Assembly: GCF_006345805.1 (NCBI RefSeq)
Contig: NC_042998.1
Location: 48,856,001-48,920,000 of the forward strand
DNA: 64,000 bases
Reading direction: 5' to 3'
Origin: Octopus sinensis
Lineage: Eukaryota
Shown here: positions 51,746 to 64,000 of the stretch, piece by piece
Position numbering within the stretch: position 1 is the first letter of the stretch
How the letters are laid out: each line of letters opens with the position of its first letter
Position numbers and translations under genes: made by a program
Notes under the pieces: model-generated
Told to the model about the DNA's origin: nothing
Seen by the model: the letters and a program-made list of their open reading frames with translations, nothing else
Database searches by the model: none

Positions 51746-52870
51746 CAACAGGTTTTTTGTGTTTTCTTCTACCAAATCCACTCACAAGGCTTTGGTTGGC
51801 CCAAGGCTATAGTAGAAGACGCTTGCTCAAGGTGCCACACAGTAAGACTGAACCTGGCCCTATGTGGTTGGAAAGCAAGCTTCTTACCACACAGTCATGC
51901 CTGCACCTATAATTAATTCTTGGGTGAATCACAATAACCATTTAAAACATATACCTGTAAAATTGTTGCAGTGTTCACTTCCATTGTTTATCATAACAGT
52001 AAAATATCCCAAGATGAAACAAAAATCTTCAGTGTGCTTCACTGACCTGACCACCAACACTTCATTATCATTATTATTATTATTATCATCATCATCATCA
52101 TCATCATCATTATTCCACTGTGGGCACAGAGAACAAGAGATGAGGGAATAAAGAGTACAAGGAAGCTGACAGAATCCATCCCATTCTTGTCACAATTCAT
52201 ATTCATGGAGCAGTCATGTTGAAGAGGAGCCACATGGTTATTCACATATAGGAGAGAGAATGAGAATAAAATGACATGGTGGTTTTCTCCAAAGAAATAA
52301 TGGTGATGAGGTGTCCAAGTGATGCCTCACGATGCAAAGTGAGTAGAAATAGGTGGGGACAGAGAAACTAGGAGTGGATGGGGGAATTGTAAGAGTGTAT
52401 GGGGGTGGAGAGCTGCAGTAGGGAAGGGTTGGCATAGGGAAGAGCATCCAACTGTAGAAACCATGGTACAACAGACTAGCTCCATGTTAAACCATCCAAC
52501 CTATGCCAGCATTGAGAACAGATGCTAAACGATGATGATTATGGGAGGTAGCATATTTTGTTATCTCCCTTGCATTATTTATTTCTTTATTTCCCACAGT
52601 GGGGTGGGCTAAACATAGAGGGGACAAACAAGGATGGACAAAGGGATTAAGTCAATTAACATCGACCCTCAGTGCATAACTGGTACTTATTTAATCAACC
52701 CCGAAAGGATGAAAGGCGGAATTTGAACTCAGAACGTAGCGACAGATGAAATACCACTAAGCATTTTACCCGGCGTGCTAATGATTGTGCCAGCTCACCG
52801 CCCTTGCATTCACCATATATTACTTTCTTAATTATCTTATCTTATGTGAGAATGCTTGTGCATGCCCATA

Positions 52871-53415
52871 CAGAGTGTCCCGAAATTAAGGCAACCGAAG
52901 TTTCAGGCTTTAATAACTATCAATAGATGTGATAAGATCTGAAAATTATACAGCATTATAAAAGCTTAGTGTATCTTCTTTTTGTTTCAGACTAAATAAA
53001 TTTAGATTCATAAATTAGATAATGGCTATAGACCGAAAAACAATCATATCCCTCCACAAATGAAGCAAAAGTAATACAGCTACAGCAAAAAAGCTTAAAA
53101 TTATCTGAACAACAATCTGGAAAATTGTCAAGAAATTTTAAGAGATTGGTTCCACCACTGATCAACCTGGACGTGGCCAAGAAAAAAAATATGTGGACCT
53201 CTCAGCTTATCAAATGTACCAGAAAAACAATACAGCTAAATCCTCATTGTTCCATGAGAAAACTGGCTGCGACAGCAAAAATAAGCTGAACATCAATGTA
53301 TCGAGTGCTGAAGAAGGATCTCAGGACCCACCCCTACAAGATGATCCACCATCATGAGCTGATACAAGTTCATAAGGCCATGAGACTGGGGAGAAGTCAT
53401 CTTATCCCGTGTCAG
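52871..53415 (+). mobile_element. Tc1/mariner-superfamily transposon left end with N-terminal HTH transposase fragment
   Basis: TA followed by TIR-like cagagtgtcccgaaattaaggcaac. From ATG 53022: MAIDRKTIISLHK*..TIWKIVKKF*EIGSTTDQPGRG..NPHCSMRKLA..SMYRVLKKDLRTHPYK, with several stops. Confidence 0.75.
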
Positions 53416-54539
53416 GTTGCTGAAGGCATATTACCTAAGCTGGTATATATATATATAATATTAATGTAGATAGGGTTATAATCCAAGCTGTGTCTTCTTG
53501 AAGCATATCTGTTTATTTCAGTACTCCAAAATTATATGTAGTTATGATTGTGTGAGGTATGAATAAGAGTTGAAAAAAGCTGGGAAATATTATTTTTTTA
53601 TAAAGTCCACCCTGCTGGGTGGTTGGTGTTAGGAATGGCATCTAGTCATAAAAAAACCCTGCCAAAATAGACACAAAAGTCTAGTGCAGGCTCCTGCTTG
53701 GTCAGCTCCTGTCAAACAGTCCAACCCAAGCCAGTATGGAAAGTGGACATTAAACAATGATGATGATGATGATGATGATGATGTTGACAATGAATTACAT
53801 ATCAAAACAGAAGATTGGAAAGAAGTTTTGGCATTATTTTATTCACCATTACATGTATTTTGTTTGCTAACAGGCATTACAAAATTCTTCATCAAGGAGA
53901 ACATGAAAAATATCGCCTATTAGAGATTCTTCAGATAGAGAGTACCATGTGTGTGTGTGTGTGTGTGTCATGTTATAGGTATAAGCAAGGCTATGATTAG
54001 TCACATGGTTTTAGGTACATTCCCATTGTACAGCAATGGTTAACCAATAACTTAGAAGTGAATTTGGTGAACAGAAATTATATTAAGCTTCTACATACAA
54101 TACATATTTACACGTAGTATGTGTACACGCGTATGTGCATGTGTGTATGCAAATGATTGTAGATTTTGGTATTTGTTAGTCACCATGTAAGTGCTATTAT
54201 GCTGATGTTGACATTCCTTGTTGACATTACGACCAGTAGTTCTAGGCTTTCAAAGACGTATGGAATATAATATCCCATACTTAAAAAAGAAAATAGGTGA
54301 GATTCAGCAACAGAGAAAGAGTCAGGCCATAAAATATCCTGTCTCAAACCTATCCAAGTCACGCCAGCATAGAAAAAAACACACATTAAACAAATGAATG
54401 GCAAATGACGTATATCATTTCTTTATGAGTTGAGTCTAAAGAAACCATATATAAAATATATATTAAAGTATAAATCACTCTGTTTGTAGTATCTCATATT
54501 CTCTTTATATCTCTTGTTTGCACTCTTATATGTTTCTCT

Positions 54540-54582
<43 letters not shown>

Positions 54583-56831
54583 CATACCTATCTATCTATC
54601 TACATACCCATCTATCTATCTATCTTTCATTCTATATGTGTGTCTGAAGACATGTGTGTGTGTATGTGTGTGTGTGTGTGTGTGTAGAATTCAGTTAGAG
54701 GTTATGTTAGCCTCATGAAGGGATGGGAGTTACTTGGCAACCATGTTAGTAATAGCAACATGAAAAAAGGACCCAGTACACTCTGTAGAGTGGTTGGCCT
54801 TAGGAAGGGCATCTAGCTGTAGAAACCATGTCAAAGCTGACCTTGGAGTTTGACCTGGCAGCTCCTTATATCCTGTCAAACCACCCAACCCATACCAGCT
54901 TCGAAAATAGATGTTAAATGATAATGACGATGATGATCATAATATCATGATGATTATGATGATAATGATGATGACAGGTGTGATAGTTTGCTTCTGAGCC
55001 ATATGGTTCTGGGTTCAATTATATTGCATGGCACCTTTGGCAAGTGTCTGCTATTATAACCCCAGACCAACCAAAGCCTTGTGAGGGGATTTGGTAGACA
55101 GTAATTGAAAAGAGCCAATTGTGTGTGTGTATGTGTGTGCACAGGCGTGCAAGTGTGTGCATGCACGTATGTGTCCATGTGTTTGTCCCCCATCAGCACT
55201 TTGAGAATTGGTGTTGGTTTGTTTATCTCCTTGTAGCTTAGAAGTTTGGCATAAGAGCCTGATGGACTATGTACCAAGCTTAAACTAAAGAAGAAGTATT
55301 GGAATTGATTAATATGACTATAACTCTTCAAGTCAGTGCCCCAGCATGACCAAAATCCAATAACTGAAGCAAATTGAAACCAGTGTTGGTATGTTTACAT
55401 CTCCATAACTGGATGATTCAGCAAAAGGGAACAATATAATATGTACCAGGCTTTAAAAAGAAGAAATATACACTGGGGTGAAATAATTCGACTAAAAATT
55501 CTTCAAGGCAGTGCCCCAGCATGGTCGCAAATTTATGACTGAAATAAATAGAACGTAAAAGTTAATTATATATTTATATGTATATATACATACATATATA
55601 TATATATATATATACAGACAGACACACACAAATATATATTTGTATGTTGGTGCAGGAAATGTTATAAAAAACACGGAAATCAGGAGATATGGAAAATTAA
55701 TAGTAAAAAGGAAATACTCTTTTCCATTTAAATTGCTGCTAATTAATTCTAAAATACATTGTTATATATTCTAAAGTATCATATATCCAAAATACATTAG
55801 TACAATCAAGATTATGTATTTTGAATTAAAATTTAGTGTTCAAACCAGTTCAAAATACATTATTAAACACTCCAAAGAATAAAATTACAAAGATACATAA
55901 TCAAATATTCCGAAGAACATAATTACAATCTGTTTTCACTTTGCTTCACTTCTGGTGCAGAGGCATCATGTTATTCAGAAGACCATTTAGTCTTGTCTTA
56001 TTTTGGCAAGGTGCTGACAACCTTTCCAGTACTGGTGCCATAGAAAAAATGCACCCAGTACATTCTTTAAAGTGGTTTGTGTTAGAAAGGGCACCCAGCT
56101 GTAAAAATCATGCCAAATGAAAATGGATGAGTGAGGCAAGTTCCCTCGGCCAGGTCTAGGTGGGCAAGAATCCCAAACATGAACTGATTTCAGACATTGC
56201 TTGTCCAACCCATGGAAAGTGAACATAAAATGATGATGACAATGATGATACTAATTTTGATGATGATGATGATGATGAGACATCAGTTTTGTGTGTGTGT
56301 GTGAAAGAGAGAAAGAGAGAAATAATTTGCATTTATATTTACATCAGTTTAAAATCTGTGACATTATGCTGAGATACCACATTCTCTTTATCTTAGCAGT
56401 TCAACAAAAAGGAGTCCAAGTAAAATTTCAAGCTGGAGTAAATACCAGGATCAAAATAATTGACTAAACCCTTTAAAACTCAACGTCCTTCCTGTCATTA
56501 ATCCCTACTTGTTTTGCCAGCAAGAGATAGCTTGCTCCATAAGTCTTCAAAGGTACAAAGCTAATTGAGTACTTATAGAGAGGAAAAATGACAACAACAT
56601 AGATGCATACACACACTATTTCTTTCTTTTCTTGCCTTGTAAATTACTTGAAACCTCACTAGTGCTGGTGACATGGAAAAAGCACCTAGTACACTTTAGT
56701 GGTATTAGGAAGGGCCTCCAACTGTAGAAACCATACCAAAGCTGACATTGGAGCTTGACATCACTTTGCATCTCAGATCTTGTTAAATTGTCCAACCCAT
56801 GGAGAAAAGACGTTAAATAATGATGATGATG

Positions 56832-56888
<57 letters not shown>

Positions 56889-57121
56889 CAATAAAATCTT
56901 CACAAACTGTCACTCAGAGTTTTAATAGACCATTTGTCAGATAGTTGTCATATGATTAATGCTGTTGCAACTGTCTGATGAAACTCTAAGTAACAGTTTG
57001 TGAAGATTTTTTTTCAGCTCTAATAAAACTGTATACTACTCTATTTTGGTATTCAAGTACTATTTCTTGCAACTTGTTTTTGCACCTATGTGTTTACTTG
57101 TGTGTGTGTGTGTGTGCGTAA

Positions 57122-57180
<59 letters not shown>

Positions 57181-57349
57181 TATATATATATAGATATATA
57201 TATATAGATATATATATAGATATATATATAGATATATATAGATATATATGAGTAAGCACATAAATGCGAAACAAGGTGGAAAAAATAGTACTCGAACACC
57301 AAAGGTAGAGTAGTATGCTTTATTAATAAAGCTGCAAAGACATCACAAA

Positions 57350-57390
57350 AACTGTTACTCGGAGTTTCACTTTCCCATTCGTCAGGAACA
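57350..57390 (-). ncRNA. Hammerhead motif (family A)
   Basis: Minus strand CTGACGA(57385-57379)-atgggaaagt-GAAA-ctccgag-TA-acag. Core intact, stems I and II weakened. Confidence 0.6.
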
Positions 57391-57503
57391 TGAAGCTCTA
57401 AGTAACAGTTTTTGTGATGTCTTTGCAGCTTTATTAATAATATATATATATATATATATATACACATACATACACACACACATATATATATATATACATA
57501 CAC

Positions 57504-57558
<55 letters not shown>

Positions 57559-58609
57559 TATATACATGTATATATATATATAACCATATATATGTATACA
57601 TATATATATATATATATATATAAACATATTTATGTATACATGGACACATGCACACACACACACATATACACGTATGCATGGCACTTTGTGAAAGTGTCTT
57701 CTGCTATAACCCCAGGCCAACCAAAGCTTTGAGAGTGAATATGGTAGATGAAAACTGAAAGAAGTTTATTGTGTATATATGTGTGTGCATAAACATCTTG
57801 TATGTGTGAGTGTGTCTGTTTGCTTACATTTACACTTCTCTTCAGAAATCTTTCAGCTGTGGGCAACAACGTTGCTATTATTTCTCCTGTCAGATTTTCT
57901 AGGGCATCCAGCCTCAGAAAACCCACCTCTACAAATTCCATCAGAACCATGCAAGCCTGAAAGAATGGATATTAATACAATTATTTTATGTGTGTGTGTG
58001 TGTATATAGCCTTGAACTTAGACCTGTTAACTAGGAAGCATATGTACAACTGTGCATGATCACGCTTTTACACTGCCATGCACATGCACGCACACATGTA
58101 CACATGCACACCCACACACATGCACATGCATGCAACCATCTTAAACAGCTTCAAGTTCATATAACAATTGAAACACAAACCAAACAATGAGCTTCTACAT
58201 GTTTTTCCTAAATCACATCCACCTTATTTGCAAATAAAAGACATCTAGCATAATATAAATCTTGATGGTATTGTGTCATAAAACAGAGAACTGAATGCTG
58301 AAGTGTTGGATGTAACGTAACACCTTTGATCATAAGTTTGTTTGATCAAGCTTCTCTGGGACTAATCAATAAAGGCAACAGGAAGTTAAAACCAGATATT
58401 AATAGTTTACCAACAGTTTACATCCCAGTGCATTATTTTGTTGTCAAAAGATGGCTGACAAAGGCTGCCTTCACCAATGTATTACTTAATTGATGGCTGG
58501 TGAATTAACCATTTTGTTATTATGTTTCTACTGAAACACAATACCTTTGTTTTAATTAATTTTGAAAATAATAAACAATATAATAAAATAACTTTATCAT
58601 TATACTGTA

Positions 58610-59023
58610 TACTCTTTACTCTTTTACTTGTTTCAGTCATTTGACTGTGGCCATGCTGGAGCACCGCCTTTAGTTGAGCAAATCGACCCAAGGACTTATT
58701 CTTTGTAAGCCTAGTACTTATTCTATCAGTCTATTTTGCCGAACCGCTAAGTTACGAGGACGTAAACACACCAGCATCGGTTGTCATGCGATGTTGGGGT
58801 GACAAACACAGACATACAAACATACACATACACACACACACATATATATATACATATATATGACAGGCTTCTTTCAGTTTCCGTCTACCAAATCCACTCA
58901 CAAGGGTTTGGTCAGCCTGAGGCTATAGTAGAAGACACTTGCCCAAGGTGCCATGCTGTGGGACTGAACCTGGAAACATGTGGTTGGAAAGCAAGCTACT
59001 TACCACACAGCCACTCCTGCGCC
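58610..59023 (-). mobile_element. SINE family S1 full-length copy
   Basis: Reverse complement of the 23194-23603 copy. Confidence 0.85.
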
Positions 59024-59566
59024 TATATCACATTTTTTTTTTATCTTGGATCAGTGAGTGTTATTTCCTATTAGCTTCTATCCTGAAATCATAGGAAATA
59101 ACTACCATTCCCTTCAAACTTTGCTTTTGTGACCTTGACATCAATGTTTTGAAACTGACTTATTTTCCATTACATTTCAAACAGATTCAGTACTGAGTTG
59201 TTGAAGCAGAATTATCATTATAGCAAATATTCTGCTCAATACCACAGATTTGCTTGTCAGTTGCTTGACCTTAACCATTTGAGTATGTCCCTTAGTGGCT
59301 GACAATATGTGCATCTCTGATCATGAGCAGGAGCTGTGGGAGAGTATCATAGCTAAATGCTGAAAGGGATTCTTTGGGGTTTGAATAAATGTATTAAAAG
59401 CAAAGTTTGAACGAAATATCAGCCTTTTTTATACTTCATAGGGGTAAACTAGTAGGAAATAACATTTACTACCCAAGTACAAAAATCATCTTACAGAGTT
59501 AATAACCTGATGTTTGGAACATAAATCAACATGAAAGTTTCATGGAAAATTTTAATTTAGATCACT

Positions 59567-59820
59567 TTAAAACAAGGAAGCTTGTGTGATAGAACCAGAA
59601 GCAGTTTCAGGTGGAAGGACATCAGAAGGGTTAGGCCAATGTCTTGGTTTAACACCACTACCTGGCCCTTGGGTATCTTTAGTAAAGTCCAATTTGTTGT
59701 AAGCTTTCAGGTCAGGTTTCAAGTCTGACGATAATTTCCTCTCTCCCTCTTTCCATTCCTCCCTCCCATGAGTCTTGGAGGCCCTGTAAAAGGTCATGGG
59801 CATAGCCTTTTCTCTTATGG
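59567..59820 (-). CDS. Candidate coding exon of an unidentified minus-strand gene
   Basis: Strong polypyrimidine acceptor tttattctctttttctttctttcaaatgacatag|. Phase-1 open frame xIREKAMPMTFYRASKTHGREEWKEGERKLSSDLKPDLKAYNKLDFTKDTQGPG..ASLF* in non-repetitive sequence. Confidence 0.5.
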
Positions 59821-60780
59821 CTATGTCATTTGAAAGAAAGAAAAAGAGAATAAACTGATTAATTCAATAATGTAATTATTCAATTACGATTAGAATGTCT
59901 GTTCCTTTAAGAAACAATGGACTGTTGTCATAGACAGAATAAGTCCATCTGTTAAATGCTGCTCATCACCACCATCACTACTACAACCACTGCCATCACC
60001 ACAACTACCACTATTACCACAACCACCACCACCACCATCACAACCACCACTATTCCATATTTCAAACAGCTAGTCTTGTCACCATTCAACTTTAATCTCA
60101 CCCACGCTCAGCACCACCTACCCACCTATCATTATTCTTTCTCCATTACTAACTGTTTATTTAACCATTGTTATGTGATTCCAACATATTTGCTACTGTC
60201 TCTTCTCTCTAACTGGATTCGGTTCTTTGTTGTCAGGACAAAGTAAAAAGACAGACAGAATTCTGTAATAATGGATATTGCTGTTGTCATTAGAACTGTA
60301 GAAATATTTTATATTTTGCTTCCATTATGATGCTCTTATGTACAAAAGTGCATCGTGTTTGAACTATCCCACTCACTTATACATAAAGATACATTTATTG
60401 TTTGCAATAACTGCAAGACTGGACATCAAGAGAATTCAAATATGCAATGTGTAAATGAGAAAAGAGATGAAGTTCCTCTTGAATAAGGTAACTTTATAAA
60501 GTCAATATTCTTTACAGTTATTTTGTATCAGCTAGATATGAATTGAGGGAAAGTAGAATTAAGTGTCTTTCATAGACAGACAGAGACTAAAACCTGAGGT
60601 GGATCAAGATTTGTGGACTGTTAGTCAAATTACTTTGTATTTGAATATAACCAGTCTTTTTGTGTCTGTCAACAATGTGCATCAGCAGTGGCGGCAGCAG
60701 CAGCGACAATGACAGCAACGACAACGACAATGATTGAAAAATACCTAAGGAATGAGAACCCAGGTTCGAAATTTCCCCAA

Positions 60781-60826
60781 GACACCTGAAGAAGGCTGGA
60801 AGGTATATCAGCCGAAATGTTGTGTT
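60781..60826 (+). ncRNA. Hammerhead motif (family F)
   Basis: gacac-CTGAAGA(60786)-a-ggctg gaaggtatat cagcc-GAAA(60814)-tg-TT-gtgtt. 5-bp stem I gacac/gtgtt and 5-bp stem II. Confidence 0.65.
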
Positions 60827-61942
60827 AACAACAAACAAGATGAGGAGAAATATCTGTCAAATGTACACAATTCCTCATCTCTTGAATATAGAACTGTACC
60901 TCATTCGTTCAGGGTAACATGATGTTAATCTATAGCAGTAGATCCAGAAGGTACATCATGGTACACTTGATGCTGCTATGTTGGTAAGGTGTGCAGCAAA
61001 CATTGTTGTTTCAACTTTTGGCAGAAGACCAGTAATTTTAGGGGAAGTGGGTGAGTCAATTACATCAACCCCAGTACCTAACTGGCTCTTTATTTCATCA
61101 ACCCCGAAAGAATGAAAAGCAAAGTTGACTTTGGTGGTATTTGAACTCAGAACATAAAGAACTGGAACTGCCACTAAGCATTTTATCCAATGTACTAATG
61201 ATTCTGCTTGTTTGCCACCTTTTAAAAATAATGATTTCAAATTTTGGCAAAAGGCCAACAATTTCGGGGAAGAGGTTAAGTCAATGTAATTTACCCCAGT
61301 ATTCAACTGGTACTAATTTTATTGACCCAAAAAAGATGAAAGGGAAAGTTGACTTCTGTGGAATTTGAACTTAGAACATAAAGACGGAGGAAAAACCTCT
61401 AAACATTTTGTCCAGCGCGGTAATGATTCAGCCAATTCACCACCTTCCACCTTTTAATAGTAATGGTTTCAAATTCTGGCACAAGGCCAGCAATTTTAGG
61501 GAAGAGTGTAAGTTATTCCCCCCAGTGCTCAATTGGTATTTAGTTTATCAACCCCCTAAGGGATAAAAAGCAAAGCTGATCTCAGAAGGTAAAGTGCTGG
61601 AAGAAATGCTGTTAACCACTTTGACCAATGCACTAACAATTCTGCCAATTTGTTGCCTTATAATGGCTTCCGATATTGACAGAATAATTCTAAGCTGAGA
61701 GGGTAAGCCACACCCTATTGTGAACTCATAAGATAAAGAGTCAGAAGACAGGCTTCTAAGCATTTTGTCTGAAATGCTAATGATTCTACCCACACACTGC
61801 TTTTTGCAGCAAAAATAACAAAAATTTGTCTTATGAAATACAAAAAAAAAATACCAATTATAATTATGAATACAAAGACTTCATATAATACCGCCAAGCA
61901 TTTTGTCCACTGCAGTAACAATTCTGCAATTCAGTAACAATA

Positions 61943-62360
61943 GGCGGCGAGCTGACAGAAATGTTAGCACACCTGACAAAATGCTTAGTGGTATTTCATC
62001 TGCCGCTACGTTCTGAATTCAAATTCCGCCAAGGTCGACTTTGCCTTTCATCCTCTCGGGATCGATTAGATAAGTACCAGTTCCTCACTGGGGTCGATAA
62101 AATCGACTTAATCTGTTTGTCTGTCTTTGTTTGTCCCCTCTGTGTGTAGCCCCTTGTGGGTAGTAAAGAAATAGGTATTTCATCTGCCGTTACATTCTGA
62201 GTTCGGATTCCGCCGACGTCAACTTTGCCTTTCATCCTCTCGGGGTCGATAAATTAAGTACCAGTTACGCACTGGGGTCGATGCAAGCGACTTAATCCCT
62301 TTGTCTGTCCTTGTTTGAACCTTCTATGTTTAGCCCCTTGTGGGAAATAAAGAAATAAGA
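61943..62360 (+). mobile_element. SINE family S5, tandem dimer
   Basis: ggcggcgagctgacagaa..gttctgaattcaaattccgcc..ggggtcgat..agccccttgtggg..aaagaaata, with the body repeated. Other copies at about 36080-36290, 36680-36900, 37025-37240, 48113-48330 (+), and 52560-52800 plus several at 60990-61935 (-). Confidence 0.8.
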
Positions 62361-62959
62361 AACAATTCTGCTAACTCACTGCCTTCAATTCTTAACAGGA
62401 TATGTAATATAACAGTAACTAAACTCAACATAAGGTTGCAAAGTGGTTCAGTCTACTACAAGCAGATATTCAACTGCCATAAAATGTGTTTCATATGAAA
62501 AATAAATAATCCAGACATCACTGATCTACTGGTTCAGACTCTTATAGTTGTTTCTCACTTATCACACCAAATTTGCTTACAGTACCATCTAACTCTCACT
62601 CACACAGAGCTATTCCGTTTACTTTTCTGATTCATCATTCATGTTATGATCTCTTTTTCTCTCCATCCCACTCTCTCCTTCTCTCTATCTCACTCTCTCC
62701 TTCTTTCTCTCTCACTCTCTCTCTCCCTTTTCCTCTCTCTAATACACACCAAATATCGCATTCTTTTTTCCTTCTCTCATATGTTCTTAGTAAACACTAA
62801 GACTTAACTCATATCATATTAAATCAAAAAGAAATCTTTTCACATCTGAACACATTTTCCTGATCCCTTACACTAAAATCAATTCAGTTCGCCTTCTTAA
62901 ATAACAATGAAAGACTAAAACAAAATTAAAATAGATGCTGCATTGTTTCTATACATTAC

Positions 62960-62993
62960 CTGAGGGAATAAAGTCTTTTAGCATACTACTCAT
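62960..62993 (-). CDS. Candidate start-codon exon (exon about 62960-63068)
   Basis: Acceptor ttgttgtttttttccttttcctttaaatag| at 63069 and donor CAG|gtaatg at 62959. MSSMLKDFIPS(phase 1) is phase-compatible with the 59820 exon. Confidence 0.35.
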
Positions 62994-64000
62994 AAAAGTA
63001 TATCTCCTCAATGACACTGTATTATGTCACTGCTTGTTACCAATTCTATATATGATCGAATGAAATGACTATTTAAAGGAAAAGGAAAAAAACAACAAGT
63101 CTCATATAATTCTGTATGACTTAACAAAAGAGAAGAGAGAAGTGTTACTTCATTGTAATGTCCCTAAAAATATCTCTGACTCAAAGTTTTCTAATAATCT
63201 AAAATGTTTAAGAGAGCAGACAAATGTTCGAGTTAAAAACATGTTTCATGCCAAACACTTTAAATGATAGAGAAATAAAAGTTTTTGCCAAGAATTCAGT
63301 CATCTGTGTAAATGTTGCTCAACTTTGTTAATCTGACGGTAGATTGTTGTCTCCAAAATTGACTGTTTTATAATGTTTTAATGGATGGATGCACTTCTCA
63401 GACATAAAAATGAGATTGATGCCTATTTTATTTTCTCTGTGTATATGTGTGAACATGCTTGCTTGTGTGCGTGCGTATACACTTGCTAGTATGTATGTAT
63501 GTATGCATGTATGTATGTATGTATATATGTTTGTATGTATATATGTATGTATGTATGTATGCATGTATGTATGTATGTATGTATGTATGTATGCATGTAT
63601 GTATGTGTGTATGTATGTGTGTATGTATGTTATATATGTGTCTCTATGTATGTATGTAATAGATAAACATATAACATTGAAATTTGTTTATTTTCTTTAT
63701 GCATATGCCACCAATTTGGCTATTGTTTCTTTGAACTTGTACCAATATATATATATATATATGTGGGTATATATACACACACACATATATATATACACAT
63801 ATGCATATATCTCTTGCATAATGGTAAATGTTGCATCATGTCAGAAACGATTCTGTATCATTATGAATATTGTATAAGACTGCAGAAAGAGTTACATGAA
63901 TATGGAGATGGGTTTATTGTTGTGTACCATCCACAATATATATTAATTCTACACCAAAAAGAGCATATTTAACTCTGCTATAAAATAATGTTTGGTTTAA

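Noticed and set aside
53309-53330. CTGAAGA hammerhead core word (also 12696, 28446, 29160, 30080, 48060, 51270)
   Set aside because: No correctly placed GAAA with stems; several lie in transposase or LINE coding sequence.
53870-53940. Possible short exon (either strand)
   Set aside because: Both strands give equally plausible splice sites and peptides, so it cannot be resolved.

Overview
This is repeat-dense, non-coding-dominated eukaryotic DNA. The SINE families, microsatellite load and LINE remnants look like an octopus (coleoid cephalopod) genome; that is recognition from memory, not a database match. Almost all long ORFs in the supplied track are microsatellite read-throughs. Supportable content: (i) two Penelope-like element (PLE) remnants with C-terminal GIY-YIG endonucleases, one extremely AT-rich at about 9.6-11.8 kb (minus) and one at 14.46-15.06 kb (plus); (ii) about seven distinct short elements carrying minimal type-I hammerhead ribozyme (HHR) motifs, mostly abutting microsatellites and often in fold-back arrangement; (iii) mariner/Tc1, piggyBac, RTE, Tx1/L1 and RLE-type (R4/Dong-like) remnants; (iv) many copies of about five SINE-like families; (v) scattered candidate exons of an unidentified minus-strand host gene, one followed directly by a 22-bp hairpin that starts at its GT donor (tailed-mirtron-like). 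All alignments, translations and folds were done by eye. Coordinates of degenerate repeats are approximate, and no gene symbol could be assigned.
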